This document shows positions 25,691-35,298 of a DNA stretch of 64,000 nt, piece by piece. The position numbers were made by a program, and so were the translations under genes. The stretch spans positions 64,001 to 128,000 of IMG/VR virus record IMGVR_UViG_3300021364_000001; one strand, given 5' to 3'. Positions within the stretch are counted from its first letter, which is position 1. Every line of letters begins with the position of its first letter. The notes under the pieces are model-generated. The model was not told the DNA's origin, ran no database searches, and was given only the letters and a program-made list of their open reading frames with translations. This DNA comes from a virus.

Positions 25691-26071
25691 TTACTGTGCC
25701 TGCAATGCCTGTTGTCTCTTATCCCAATAAAATTTTATGACTTGGTTAGGATACAATCTAGTAACCTTAAACTTCTTCGCCACCTCTGGGCGATACATCT
25801 TTCTCAGTTCAATCTTTACTTGTGCCTCAGACTTTCCGTAGAGAATGAAGTCTTGGGCATCGTCGTACTGTACTCGGAAGGGAAGATAGTTAGCGGGAGC
25901 ATGTTCTTGCAACTCCTCAGTCTTCAACATCTCACCAACAGACTTTTCAAAGCGACGCTTCTTTGGTTTCTTTCTAGTCAGACGTGTGATACCAGGCGGT
26001 TCATGAGACGGCGGGAGGGCAGTCTCAGCACCAGTACCAACTGAATTAGTAGGAGCGTCTTCGTTGATCAC
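25691..26071 (-). CDS. Hypothetical protein
   Basis: MINEDAPTNSVG start, typical of T4-like late proteins. Confidence 0.75.
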   Translation of the reverse strand: MINEDAPTNSVGTGAETALPPSHEPPGITRLTRKKPKKRRFEKSVGEMLKTEELQEHAPANYLPFRVQYDDAQDFILYGKSEAQVKIELRKMYRPEVAKKFKVTRLYPNQVIKFYWDKRQQALQAQ

Positions 26072-26433
26072 AATTTGTCCAAAGTATCTTGTATTAGTTT
26101 GTCAGTAGGAACCATGTCTAGGGTCCCACCGTCTGAATAACGGTTCAGATAGATCACAAAGGTCTTCAAAGATGACCAATACTCTCGTTCCAACTTGTAC
26201 ATCAGCAGAGGGAGAGTGCCCTCGCCAAATACATTGAAGAGAACAATCAAGTGATTCAATATAAGATTGGTTCTGAGAACCCCAGAACTGTGATAGCGTT
26301 TCAGTAATCGTTTGAGATACTTAAACTTCTTCATGTCTTCCATGAAGTCGTCCACTGTCACAGACTGGGGGTTCTCGTAATGCTTGATGGCAAACATCAA
26401 GTGGTTATGTTCGTTCAGTTCATCAAATCTCAT
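26068..26433 (-). CDS. Conserved T4-like hypothetical protein
   Basis: FAIKHYENP..KYLKRLL..LILNHLIVLFNVFG. Confidence 0.85.
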   Translation of the reverse strand: MRFDELNEHNHLMFAIKHYENPQSVTVDDFMEDMKKFKYLKRLLKRYHSSGVLRTNLILNHLIVLFNVFGEGTLPLLMYKLEREYWSSLKTFVIYLNRYSDGGTLDMVPTDKLIQDTLDKL

Positions 26434-26451
26434 AATATAGTAACGTCAAGA

Positions 26452-27078
26452 TCAGGTGCCGAAGGTCAGAGTTGCAGCGCCGTCACTGATGACTTCTTCT
26501 GTACCACCCGCTGAGGTAATCTTGACGCGATACTTGTAGCCATCGAGAGAATCATCAGCGAGACCACTGTAAGCAAGAGTTGCGGTCGTGAAGTCTGCAT
26601 AAGTGATACCTGCATCAGTGTCAGCGGCGATGTCAACCCAACGGACAGTAGCAGATGCGGTTTGGCGCTGCCACTGATAGGAGAGAGCACCAGGGGTTCC
26701 AGTTGTGCTAGTGGTGAGGGTGAATGTACCAGCACCAGAAGCGGATGTAGAAGCAGCGGGTTGTGCGTCGATGACGACTGCCGATGCTACATCTGCTGCG
26801 ATGGTGTCGTCGCTCAGAGTCTCGTCTGCGTTTGCCTCAGGGTTACTGAGAACCATCAGGTGCTCTGCCTTATGGCGTGTGCGACCATTGTGATCAGTGT
26901 ACGTTCTGTACGCCCACCAACCAGGAGCAGTAATACCGCGAGACTTGTTCTCGTCCAGTCCTGCCTCGGTGGCGTCTACGAAAACGATCGTCTCGGTAGC
27001 GGATCCAGATCCGTTACCACGGGTTCTGCTAACTGCTGTTTGATTTGTAGTTGAGTCTACTCTCCCGTAAAGAGACAT
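26452..27078 (-). CDS. Virion structural protein with C-terminal Ig-like domain
   Basis: MSLYG start, PGWW motif, LSYQWQR..YKYRVKITS Ig pattern; late promoter at 27109-27116. Confidence 0.75.
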   Translation of the reverse strand: MSLYGRVDSTTNQTAVSRTRGNGSGSATETIVFVDATEAGLDENKSRGITAPGWWAYRTYTDHNGRTRHKAEHLMVLSNPEANADETLSDDTIAADVASAVVIDAQPAASTSASGAGTFTLTTSTTGTPGALSYQWQRQTASATVRWVDIAADTDAGITYADFTTATLAYSGLADDSLDGYKYRVKITSAGGTEEVISDGAATLTFGT

Positions 27079-27117
27079 GTGTGCTTACTCCAATTCGGTT
27101 CCTATTACTTATTTATA

Positions 27118-27146
27118 AAAAAGAAGAGACCGAACTGGTCGGTCTC
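27118..27146 (-). terminator. Terminator
   Basis: GAGACCGA-N5-TCGGTCTC followed by T-rich run. Confidence 0.65.
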
Positions 27147-27152
27147 AGTGCA

Positions 27153-27353
27153 TCAACCCTCTCGAACTTCGAGAGCCTGTTTGACTTTCTCAAACAATTC
27201 ATCATCAGCGGTTGTCTTAGTGAGTTTAACTGCCTTGCCTACGATCAGAAGGCAGAGGTCGATGAGTTTCTCACCGAGTTCTGCATCATCAGGAATCTTA
27301 GCGACAGCAGCATCTACAACTTTATATGCCAGAGGCAGAAGAAAAGATACCAT
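27153..27353 (-). CDS. Conserved small hypothetical protein
   Basis: MVSFLLPLAYKVVDAAV..TTADD. Confidence 0.75.
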   Translation of the reverse strand: MVSFLLPLAYKVVDAAVAKIPDDAELGEKLIDLCLLIVGKAVKLTKTTADDELFEKVKQALEVREG

Positions 27354-27386
27354 GACCTTATAGAATAGACTATATTCTATATAGGC

Positions 27387-27785
27387 TTACTTGTACCCTT
27401 TTCTCTTGCGGTCGTGATCGATCGTCATCTGCATCATCTTTTGCTTCATACGCTCCTTTGACTTCTCCTTTGCTTTGGAGTCATCTGCCTTAGGGGCGGT
27501 GCCGCAAGATGCTTCGGCAACTGCTTCGGTCTCTTCCTTGCGAACGTCGTCGCCAGGCTCGTACCACTTGCCGTCGCCATCAGAGTCCTGCCAACGCTTT
27601 CCTGCCTTGGCAGCCTTGATATGCTTCTCTTTGGCTTTCTTCTTGGCGGATTCTCGGAGTGCCTCCACCTCAGAACGAATAGATTTTCTTAGAGATTCAG
27701 ACATGAGATCCTCTTTCTTTGGGTTAATGATGACGTTTCCTTTTTTCTTTGTGGTCGTCACCTCTTTGTTTTGATCAGGTTTCAT
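27387..27785 (-). CDS. Hypothetical late protein
   Basis: KRWQDSDGDGKWYEPG motif. Confidence 0.7.
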   Translation of the reverse strand: MKPDQNKEVTTTKKKGNVIINPKKEDLMSESLRKSIRSEVEALRESAKKKAKEKHIKAAKAGKRWQDSDGDGKWYEPGDDVRKEETEAVAEASCGTAPKADDSKAKEKSKERMKQKMMQMTIDHDRKRKGYK

Positions 27786-29296
27786 TCGTTGATTCCTAAT
27801 TCTGCTCGCCAGTTATATGTAGGTTCCTCGCTCATGCGACGTGCAACGTTGCGAGCACCACGGGATACTGCACGAGCAGCACCACCGACAACCTTCTTAA
27901 TACCTGACTTAATTCTATCGCGCAGTCGTACACGATTCTCGTTGCCACCACCAGAGGAGGAGGACGACGAGGAGTCACCAGGAGACTGAGACTTGGAGAC
28001 AGAGGAACCACCAGCAGGCTTGCTGTCGCCGCCAGATCCACTTGCACCACGCTCGTATCCCTTCTTGAAGTTGCTGACACCTGCCTTAGCAGCACGACCA
28101 GCAGCACCAGCAGCATACCCTGCTGCCTTAGCAGCACCAGCACCTGCCTTCTTCAAACCAGACTTGACGGCAGATCCAGCAGACTTCAATGCTGCCTTCA
28201 TCTTCTCGCCACGGCTGCTGCTAGAAGAAGAACCACTACCAAGGCGACTACGTGCCTCGGCACCAGCGTCCTTACCTGCGGTCTGACCTTCGCCAGATGC
28301 AGCAGAGGTCTTGTTCTTCAAACGAGCGGCATTGACCTTAGCAGGACTGGTGACCTCAGTCAACAGTTCCACATCATCGATCATGTCCAGTGCTTCGGTG
28401 AGATACTCACCATCCAGTTCCATCAGTGCCTCAACACAGATGTCATGGAGTTCTTCAAAGGAGAAAGAATCGAATGCTTCATCAGAGATAACATCTTCGA
28501 TGAATGCTTCAAACTCTTCCTTCTTCAAATTCGCTTTGCGGTATGCAAGATCTGCTTTGGTGCCTTTGTCCATCTTACCTTGGGACTTGGGCTTAGTCTT
28601 GCCACCTTCGTCAGGTTGGGAACCAGGGTTTGCTGCCTTAACTCTACGACCATGGGTGTACTCAGCACCACTCATCTTAGAGTCGCCAGAGATCATCTTT
28701 CCACCTTGGGAGCGATCATCCTTGTACTCAGCAGAAGACTGACCGTGCTTACCTTTGTAGCGTTCGTCAATCTGCTCCTCTTCCTTGACACAGTTAGGCA
28801 CTTCCTTGCCACCTTTCATCTTGGTGCCTTGTGCCTTGTAACCTGCCCAGCATGTCTTAGCGCCCACGTTCTTACGTGCTTGCTTCATACCCTCGTGGAG
28901 TTCGTCGATGTCAACGTGCTCACGTTGCATGTTGAGACCGATGTCCTCGGGTGCCTTGGCAGTCTTTTCCCCTTTCTTGCCTACAACCGAATAACGACCG
29001 TCTGCTTTCTTGCCAGTGATGACCATAGACTGACCACCCTGAGAAATCACACGACCGATGTTACGATCATCTTTGAACTTCTGCTTGTTCTTAGAGATCA
29101 GATCTTTCTCAATCGGGAACCCAGCATAACCTTCAACGACTTCCTCATGGGAGTCGATGATGTCTGCTACTGTCAGGACTGCCTCATGCATTCTGGCAGT
29201 AGGTGCCTTCTTGCATTCGTATACACAGTCGAGAATAGTTCTTTGCTCTGCCTCAGAAAACCCAAGCAGGGCGGCAGATACCTTGATATCGAGCAT
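27782..29296 (-). CDS. Large low-complexity late (probably internal virion) protein
   Basis: KTCWAGYK..KEVPNCV motif; Gly/Ala/Ser-rich C-terminal half; TAAATA upstream. Confidence 0.7.
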   Translation of the reverse strand: MLDIKVSAALLGFSEAEQRTILDCVYECKKAPTARMHEAVLTVADIIDSHEEVVEGYAGFPIEKDLISKNKQKFKDDRNIGRVISQGGQSMVITGKKADGRYSVVGKKGEKTAKAPEDIGLNMQREHVDIDELHEGMKQARKNVGAKTCWAGYKAQGTKMKGGKEVPNCVKEEEQIDERYKGKHGQSSAEYKDDRSQGGKMISGDSKMSGAEYTHGRRVKAANPGSQPDEGGKTKPKSQGKMDKGTKADLAYRKANLKKEEFEAFIEDVISDEAFDSFSFEELHDICVEALMELDGEYLTEALDMIDDVELLTEVTSPAKVNAARLKNKTSAASGEGQTAGKDAGAEARSRLGSGSSSSSSRGEKMKAALKSAGSAVKSGLKKAGAGAAKAAGYAAGAAGRAAKAGVSNFKKGYERGASGSGGDSKPAGGSSVSKSQSPGDSSSSSSSGGGNENRVRLRDRIKSGIKKVVGGAARAVSRGARNVARRMSEEPTYNWRAELGINE

Positions 29297-29318
29297 TGAT
29301 CTAGGGAAAAGTATAGTA

Positions 29319-30368
29319 TTATTTATTCTTGATAGACTTTTGGTTCTTAGTGAACTCACTGAACTTCTTAATTTCCTGTCCAGGAGTCATGTTTTGAACC
29401 GCCATTCTATATGTATCGGTGCCGACTTTCCAGTCATTACCACTGCCATCGTCAGCAGAATAATTGCTTTGGTTGTTTGGGTCGCGTACCTCGGTCACAT
29501 GCTGCAACCATGCACGGTGCTCACCGCCGAGACCATCTTCCATGATGATGTAATTAGGACCACGGTGTACGATCTTACCGAGCATACCGCTGTCATCATG
29601 CTCTACGATAGCACCCACCTTAAAGATGTGTTCAAGCATGTAGTAGTCGCGGAAAGATTCGAGATCTAGTTTAGGAGCATAGTCCCAGACAGACTCTGCA
29701 ACTGCCTTCTCCTTCTTCTTGGCAGGTTTCTTCTCTGCTTTCTTCGGCGGGACCATACCGTCCAGCACATGCTGCATCAACTCTTTGGACCTTTTGTATC
29801 CACCAGTTCCTGCATGAAAGGAGTCGTGGTCACCCCCTTGGGCATGGGCTCGCATCTTGGAAGCAGACAAGGTTTCGATAGGATCATCACTATCGTCATT
29901 TCGAGCACCAGCAGACTTAATGTTAATTGACTTGAAGTCATAGTGCTTACCATTATACTTCTGGGTCAACTTCTCAAACTCTTTCACACGGTCATCACCA
30001 ACTACCATGGTGACGTGCTCATGTCCCTCATCATGGAGGTCACGGAGAATGTCGAAGATGTTTCTATGCGCCTCGGAGTTCTGGATAGCATCCTTATGCT
30101 GCTTGAACATACCACGCATGTGTTCAATCTTCTGCTCGGGATGCAGAGGATTCTTCTTGTGGTCCTGAGATCTAGAAGGGTAGATACGATAGTTGCCAGA
30201 GTCACCAGCGTGTGCCTTCACAGCATCAAGTAACTTCCCATGTCCAGCATGAGGAGGATTGAATCTGCCGAAAGTGATGGCAACATGCTTGTCAATTACT
30301 TCATTCTTTTTTGAAGTTGCTTTCTTGGCAGCCTGTGCTGCTTCGATAATGAACTGACGAAATCTCAT
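29319..30368 (-). CDS. Cytidylyltransferase-like (HIGH superfamily) nucleotidyltransferase
   Basis: ITFGRFNPPHAGH, MVVGDDR and SASKMR motifs. Confidence 0.85.
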   Translation of the reverse strand: MRFRQFIIEAAQAAKKATSKKNEVIDKHVAITFGRFNPPHAGHGKLLDAVKAHAGDSGNYRIYPSRSQDHKKNPLHPEQKIEHMRGMFKQHKDAIQNSEAHRNIFDILRDLHDEGHEHVTMVVGDDRVKEFEKLTQKYNGKHYDFKSINIKSAGARNDDSDDPIETLSASKMRAHAQGGDHDSFHAGTGGYKRSKELMQHVLDGMVPPKKAEKKPAKKKEKAVAESVWDYAPKLDLESFRDYYMLEHIFKVGAIVEHDDSGMLGKIVHRGPNYIIMEDGLGGEHRAWLQHVTEVRDPNNQSNYSADDGSGNDWKVGTDTYRMAVQNMTPGQEIKKFSEFTKNQKSIKNK

Positions 30369-31561
30369 TTGCCCCAATCTTTTGCTACGGTGAAGTTTGC
30401 ACGAGAGAATTCAAGTCTATCAACAAGTTTGACAGCAGTGCCATCCTTGATTGCCACAAATCCTTCTGGACTAGTGACCTTGTATCCGTTCTCATCTTCT
30501 AGGAATGTGCCAACCCCCTCAATCTTTTTGAGACGGTTGATGATCTGTTCTTTCGCGGTGATAAGATTCTTGAATCCTGCCAGCGCACGATATATCTCAG
30601 ACTTATTATTATTTAGGTAATCAATCGCTTCCTGTTTCTTAATCTGCCACTTCTCTTTTGCCTTGGGTGTCTTCACACCTGCTTCTTTCATGGCATAACG
30701 AGACTCAACAAACAGTTTGAACTCAACTAGCATTTGCTGAGTAGAGGTGGGGATCTTTCCTTCCTTGATCTTCTGATTGAAGAAGATCTTAAACAGAGCA
30801 GCAGGTTCCATACCCGTCAGTCTGCCACCGATCTGGTTCAAGAAATTGCGAGACGCCCTGAGGTTCTGCTTAGCGACACGCATACTGTTATTGATCTTGC
30901 TCATCTCAGAAGGACTGAGGTTTGCGATGCCATTGGTGTTCTGGAACTCGGCAGAGAATACTGCCACATCAGAAACACCTTGAAGATTACGAACGTTAGC
31001 ACCAAAAGATGCCGCCATCTGAGCAAGTGTGGGTCCATTGTATGTTGTGTGGAAGACGATACCAACCTTAGACTTACCTACCTTAGCACCCATCTCAGTC
31101 GCTTTCTCAACACAGTAAGTAATCGTATTAGGTTTGAACTTATAGCACTGCTTACCACCCATGACAGTCAGAGGAGGAGTGTCTGTGTAGAGCAGGTCCC
31201 CTTGCAGCACACCAGTGATAGGAAGTTTAGACAGGTAGTCATAGGCAGCGATCAACTTAGGATGCACACCTGTACCACCGTACCACATGTCAATCTCTTC
31301 ATGTGAATAGCAGACCTTGGGTTCGGTCTTGGCGAACACAGATTTAGTACCGACAAAGAACATGTCAGTCTCAGGGTCGATACCACAGATGATAGCAGGA
31401 GCACCGTCCCACTTCACTGTCACCTTAGTATTGCCACCACCCTTACCAGTGGTCAGCATACCTTTGAGTCCTTCTAGGAATCCTAGTGCGTTCTCAGCAC
31501 CAGCATAACCGTTGTTGAAGATGTCATCTTCCAGGTGTTCGAGGTGAGTATTCTTGCTCAT
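30365..31561 (-). CDS. Conserved T4-like protein (DUF6267-like) with ligase-fold motifs
   Basis: KNTHLEHLED; TVKWDG; QGDLLY; PEGFV; VKLVDRLEFS. Confidence 0.75.
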   Translation of the reverse strand: MSKNTHLEHLEDDIFNNGYAGAENALGFLEGLKGMLTTGKGGGNTKVTVKWDGAPAIICGIDPETDMFFVGTKSVFAKTEPKVCYSHEEIDMWYGGTGVHPKLIAAYDYLSKLPITGVLQGDLLYTDTPPLTVMGGKQCYKFKPNTITYCVEKATEMGAKVGKSKVGIVFHTTYNGPTLAQMAASFGANVRNLQGVSDVAVFSAEFQNTNGIANLSPSEMSKINNSMRVAKQNLRASRNFLNQIGGRLTGMEPAALFKIFFNQKIKEGKIPTSTQQMLVEFKLFVESRYAMKEAGVKTPKAKEKWQIKKQEAIDYLNNNKSEIYRALAGFKNLITAKEQIINRLKKIEGVGTFLEDENGYKVTSPEGFVAIKDGTAVKLVDRLEFSRANFTVAKDWGK

Positions 31562-32886
31562 GGTTGGACTCCGACTTTATCGCGGTAGGGGTTGCCGATG
31601 GATGACTTTTCTCTCAGGTAATACTCATCATTGGGTTTGAGGTTGTTCTTCAAGTGGTTCTCCATGTAGAAGACAGGCATTCCTCTGTTCGTTGCGAACT
31701 TGTAGTAGGTCACCTCCTGCATCACGAAGTTCTGGATCACGTTACGGTAGACCAAAGCACCCTCCTTACTGATCTTACGAAGTGCCATCTGGCAGATGAG
31801 AGATGCGATACCGACCTGTCCACTGCTGTGCTTGGGTGCGTTCCAGTAGTCCTTGGCATCAGTATAGTACATGTCTGCCAGTTCCAACCACCAGGACTGT
31901 GCCGCTTTGACATCTGTCTCTGATGGGTCACCACCTTTGATCATCTTATCAATGTTGGTCACCACGTTACGAGGCAGTTTACTTTTGAGAGTAGTATCTT
32001 TGGCGATGACTTCCAGTGCCAAGAACGATCCTTGCTTCACTCTATTGTCGGCCAAGACTTTGAGGATCTTGAACTCAACAGTCTTCTTATAATCTTTAAC
32101 CCACTTAGAGTTTTTCTTCTTGTCAAGCAGACTGATAATGTCTTGTGGTTTGACAACGTTAGTTGTCTTGCTGATCTTCTTCACTGAAAAAGGATACTCT
32201 CTATCCTCATCGTCATAGATCATGAAGTCAATCAATGGTTCATTACCAGCACCAGGAAGAAAGACCTGTGCATTCTTCTTGGTTAGTTTTCCATACCCTA
32301 GTTTGTCAAGTTCAGCAGCACCACGTTCTAGGACACACAGAGGTGCAGTGATCTCAGAGAAGTCTTTCTCAATGTTGTTCATAATATCAATGTACTCAGA
32401 CGCTGCTAGGTCTGCATACGCTTTGACCAGTTCTTTCTTCTCAGTAGCACCATGATGCATACAGAACTCAGTCAGTTCTTTCAAGTATTCTTTGATGACC
32501 AGTTGTAGATCATCACGCTTCTCAATAGCAGCAAGAACTTTCTTGTAGTAAGTTTCAAATGACATCTTAGTGTCCAAAGGGATGTCAAACTCCTGAGGTT
32601 TCAACTCAGGCATCTTCTTCTTCCCTGTGGCAGACCTGGGTTTCCCCAGCATGGGGGTGGAGATCCACCCCGTCTTGTCATTGTCATAGATGACTTCTAT
32701 TCTAGCCTGGTAACTGTTACCACTGATGGGTTTCACATGAACCCCACTTCCTTTGGCAACAGTCCCTACTTTTTTTGTACTCTTTGCACCGTCGTAGACT
32801 GGGATATCCTTCTTGGCAAGAATCTCAAACCCTTTCATGTAGTGACGCTTGTAGTCGTCCCACGCTTCTTTGATTGTCCTTGCCAT
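31558..32886 (-). CDS. Hypothetical protein, SH3-like N-terminus plus PD-(D/E)xK-like core
   Basis: VGTVAKG..VKP..DKTGWI; GNEPLIDF..YPFSVKK. Confidence 0.55.
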   Translation of the reverse strand: MARTIKEAWDDYKRHYMKGFEILAKKDIPVYDGAKSTKKVGTVAKGSGVHVKPISGNSYQARIEVIYDNDKTGWISTPMLGKPRSATGKKKMPELKPQEFDIPLDTKMSFETYYKKVLAAIEKRDDLQLVIKEYLKELTEFCMHHGATEKKELVKAYADLAASEYIDIMNNIEKDFSEITAPLCVLERGAAELDKLGYGKLTKKNAQVFLPGAGNEPLIDFMIYDDEDREYPFSVKKISKTTNVVKPQDIISLLDKKKNSKWVKDYKKTVEFKILKVLADNRVKQGSFLALEVIAKDTTLKSKLPRNVVTNIDKMIKGGDPSETDVKAAQSWWLELADMYYTDAKDYWNAPKHSSGQVGIASLICQMALRKISKEGALVYRNVIQNFVMQEVTYYKFATNRGMPVFYMENHLKNNLKPNDEYYLREKSSIGNPYRDKVGVQP

Positions 32887-32907
32887 CGAAGAATTGATTC
32901 GTCGAGA

Positions 32908-33123
32908 CTATTTAGTCTCTTCCTTGGGTTGCTTGTTGAAACCAAATGGACCCAACTTATCTTTGACTCGTTCCTTGATAACCTGTGCAGACAGTGCTTC
33001 CATAACTTTCAAAACGTCCTCTGCCTTAGCACCAAGTTGAAGACGTTCCTTCACGAAGTCATACTTCTGGAAGAACTCATCTGATACGTTCTTGTAATCA
33101 TCAACTGTAATTGGTTCTGTCAT
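32908..33123 (-). CDS. Hypothetical protein
   Basis: 71-aa ORF ending LGPFGF. Confidence 0.7.
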   Translation of the reverse strand: MTEPITVDDYKNVSDEFFQKYDFVKERLQLGAKAEDVLKVMEALSAQVIKERVKDKLGPFGFNKQPKEETK

Positions 33124-33236
33124 CGTCCAAACCTCTTGTCCATTCTAAGTTTTACATAATACATTCCAATAACCCACAGGGAGAAGAGGAACCCCTCCCC
33201 GTAGTCCATAGAATTCCAAGCGTGTACAACGTCCAT
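33120..33236 (-). CDS. Small membrane protein (38 aa, not in ORF track)
   Basis: MDVVHAWNSMDYGEGFLFSLWVIGMYYVKLRMDKRFGR; coupled on both sides. Confidence 0.65.
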   Translation of the reverse strand: MDVVHAWNSMDYGEGFLFSLWVIGMYYVKLRMDKRFGR

Positions 33237-33919
33237 CAGATGTCACCCTCAGCACGGTTCTCAGACTCTTCAATAGAGAAACTACCGTCAGCATAGCGAG
33301 CAGCAAGTTTCAGGGAGTTGATGTAGAGAACATGATCCAGGGTCACGTCCAGAGCAAGACATGCTTGGGCAGCATACCAGAGGATGTCACCGAGTTCCTT
33401 GACCAGGTGCTCCTTGTTAGCATCGTTCCAGGGTTTACCTTGGAACTTCAACTTCTTGACAATCTCCATGAACTCACCAGACTCAGCAGAGAGACCAGAG
33501 GCAGCAGTATCAAGACGTGCAATGTTTACACCATCATCATGCAGATTACGGAGACGCTCGATGTACTTTACCTGATCTTTGCTGGGTTCAGAGCAAGTGC
33601 CATCAGCAAATTTCAGATACTTGTCAAGATCAACACGGAAGCGTTCTTCCTTCTTGCCTGCCTTTGCTGCTTTCTCTGCTTCCTTTTCTTTGATCTTTTC
33701 GGCAGTCACCCAGGCATTGAAACCTTTCTTGTTGATGAATTCCTCAGGAGTCTTGGGAGTATCCTCCTGCATTTCATTCAACTTTTTGTTCATGTCCTCT
33801 TTGAGGTCCTCTGCTTTGTTGTTGAGTTCCTCTGCTGCCTTTGCTTGGCGATCGGTCTCGTTGAAGTTTACGTTAGTGCCGCCAGCGGGGAAGGTGCGCT
33901 TGTTCTTTTCAGTAGTCAT
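33236..33919 (-). CDS. mazG: MazG-family nucleotide pyrophosphohydrolase
   Basis: GLSAESGEFMEIVKK..ELGDILWY..KLAARY. Confidence 0.92.
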   Translation of the reverse strand: MTTEKNKRTFPAGGTNVNFNETDRQAKAAEELNNKAEDLKEDMNKKLNEMQEDTPKTPEEFINKKGFNAWVTAEKIKEKEAEKAAKAGKKEERFRVDLDKYLKFADGTCSEPSKDQVKYIERLRNLHDDGVNIARLDTAASGLSAESGEFMEIVKKLKFQGKPWNDANKEHLVKELGDILWYAAQACLALDVTLDHVLYINSLKLAARYADGSFSIEESENRAEGDI

Positions 33920-35298
33920 ACTTGCCAGGAGTCAAATTTACTAGTGGATTTAGTCTCAATGATATTATCATCGATGTCTTGACCAGAGTCGATGATGTTG
34001 TCTTGGGCAGACTGATCACAATCATACAGTCTCATCTTCGCTCTGTCAATACCTATCACGAACCTCTTGTTCATGGTGGGGTCGTTGTATCTATTCTTCA
34101 ACTGCTTGACCATAATCTGACCTGCTGCTTCCATATCCTCAGTAGAGATCAGAGCAACCATGAGGTCAGCAGTAGCAGGCAGACCGAAGGACTCACTGGT
34201 GTCAGTAATCTCTACATCAGAGTTACCATAACCAGAGCGAGTGGTCTGGGTAGCAGATACGATAGGAACATTACATTCAACAGCAAGACCACGCAGTTCT
34301 TCTGCAATAGACTTGATGAATGTGTAAGAGTTGACCACAGCATTCTTGTATCGTGCAGATGCACAGATGTTCAGATAGTCAACGAAGATAATGTCAGGAG
34401 CGAACCCACGCTTCATGCTCAGTTCGTTCAACAGAGACTTGAAGTGGTTGACGTGAGCAGAAGCAGTAGGGTATTCCTTGATCACCAGACGACCTTTGGT
34501 CTTACTGTTGAGTTTATCTACCTTGTTCCTGAACTGCTGCTTCGTGAACATAGGATCGGAGAGTTGCTTGATTGGTACGTCGAGGAGGTTGCTGTCAATT
34601 CGCTCAGCAATTTTCTCCTCTGCCATTTCAAGTGTGATGTAGAGAACGTTCCTTCCCTGCATGAGACAGGCGCTAGCCATGTGGCACATGAATAGACTTT
34701 TCCCGACACCCGTACCAGCAAGAGCGATGTTGAGAGTCTTAGCAGGGAGACCACCTTTCGTAATCTTGTTGAAGTATTCAAGGTCGAACGGTATCTTATC
34801 TTCTTGTTTGTGGTAGAAGTCGTAGCGGTCATCTGCATCTAGTAAGTAATCGTGTCCAACAGTATCATCAAAGCATGTCCCCAGTGCCTCGCTCATGATA
34901 TGAGGGATAGCATCTTTGGAGCGAGTCTTGTCTTGCCCATCAGCAATCTTGATGGACTCCATCAAGGCAAGATAGATCGCACGTTCTTTACACCACTTCT
35001 CAGTGGTGTCCATCAACCACTCATCGTTATACTGAGTGTCATCAATCTTGTTATCAAGGAAGTCTTCGATCTCCTTGACAACTTCTGCACTCAGGTCTCT
35101 CCTCTTCTCGATCTCAATTTTGAGAGCGGTGGTTTCGGGAGCAGTATTGTACTCTGTTACATACTCATTGATCTCATTGAAGAGGATCTGATGAGGAACA
35201 GTATCGAAGTATTCATCTTTAAGGAAGGGCAGAACTGATCGGAGGTAGTTATCCTCGGTGATCAGTTTGCTCAAAGCAATTTCTTCGATCTTTTGCAT
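33916..35298 (-). CDS. Replicative DNA helicase (gp41)
   Basis: LAGTGVGKS, VDYLNIC, SATQTTR and QLKNRYND motifs. Confidence 0.97.
   Translation of the reverse strand: MQKIEEIALSKLITEDNYLRSVLPFLKDEYFDTVPHQILFNEINEYVTEYNTAPETTALKIEIEKRRDLSAEVVKEIEDFLDNKIDDTQYNDEWLMDTTEKWCKERAIYLALMESIKIADGQDKTRSKDAIPHIMSEALGTCFDDTVGHDYLLDADDRYDFYHKQEDKIPFDLEYFNKITKGGLPAKTLNIALAGTGVGKSLFMCHMASACLMQGRNVLYITLEMAEEKIAERIDSNLLDVPIKQLSDPMFTKQQFRNKVDKLNSKTKGRLVIKEYPTASAHVNHFKSLLNELSMKRGFAPDIIFVDYLNICASARYKNAVVNSYTFIKSIAEELRGLAVECNVPIVSATQTTRSGYGNSDVEITDTSESFGLPATADLMVALISTEDMEAAGQIMVKQLKNRYNDPTMNKRFVIGIDRAKMRLYDCDQSAQDNIIDSGQDIDDNIIETKSTSKFDSWQV

Noticed and set aside
27840-28320. GCA/CCA-rich quasi-repeats
   Set aside because: They are explained by Ala/Gly/Ser-rich low-complexity coding sequence and are not an independent DNA repeat.
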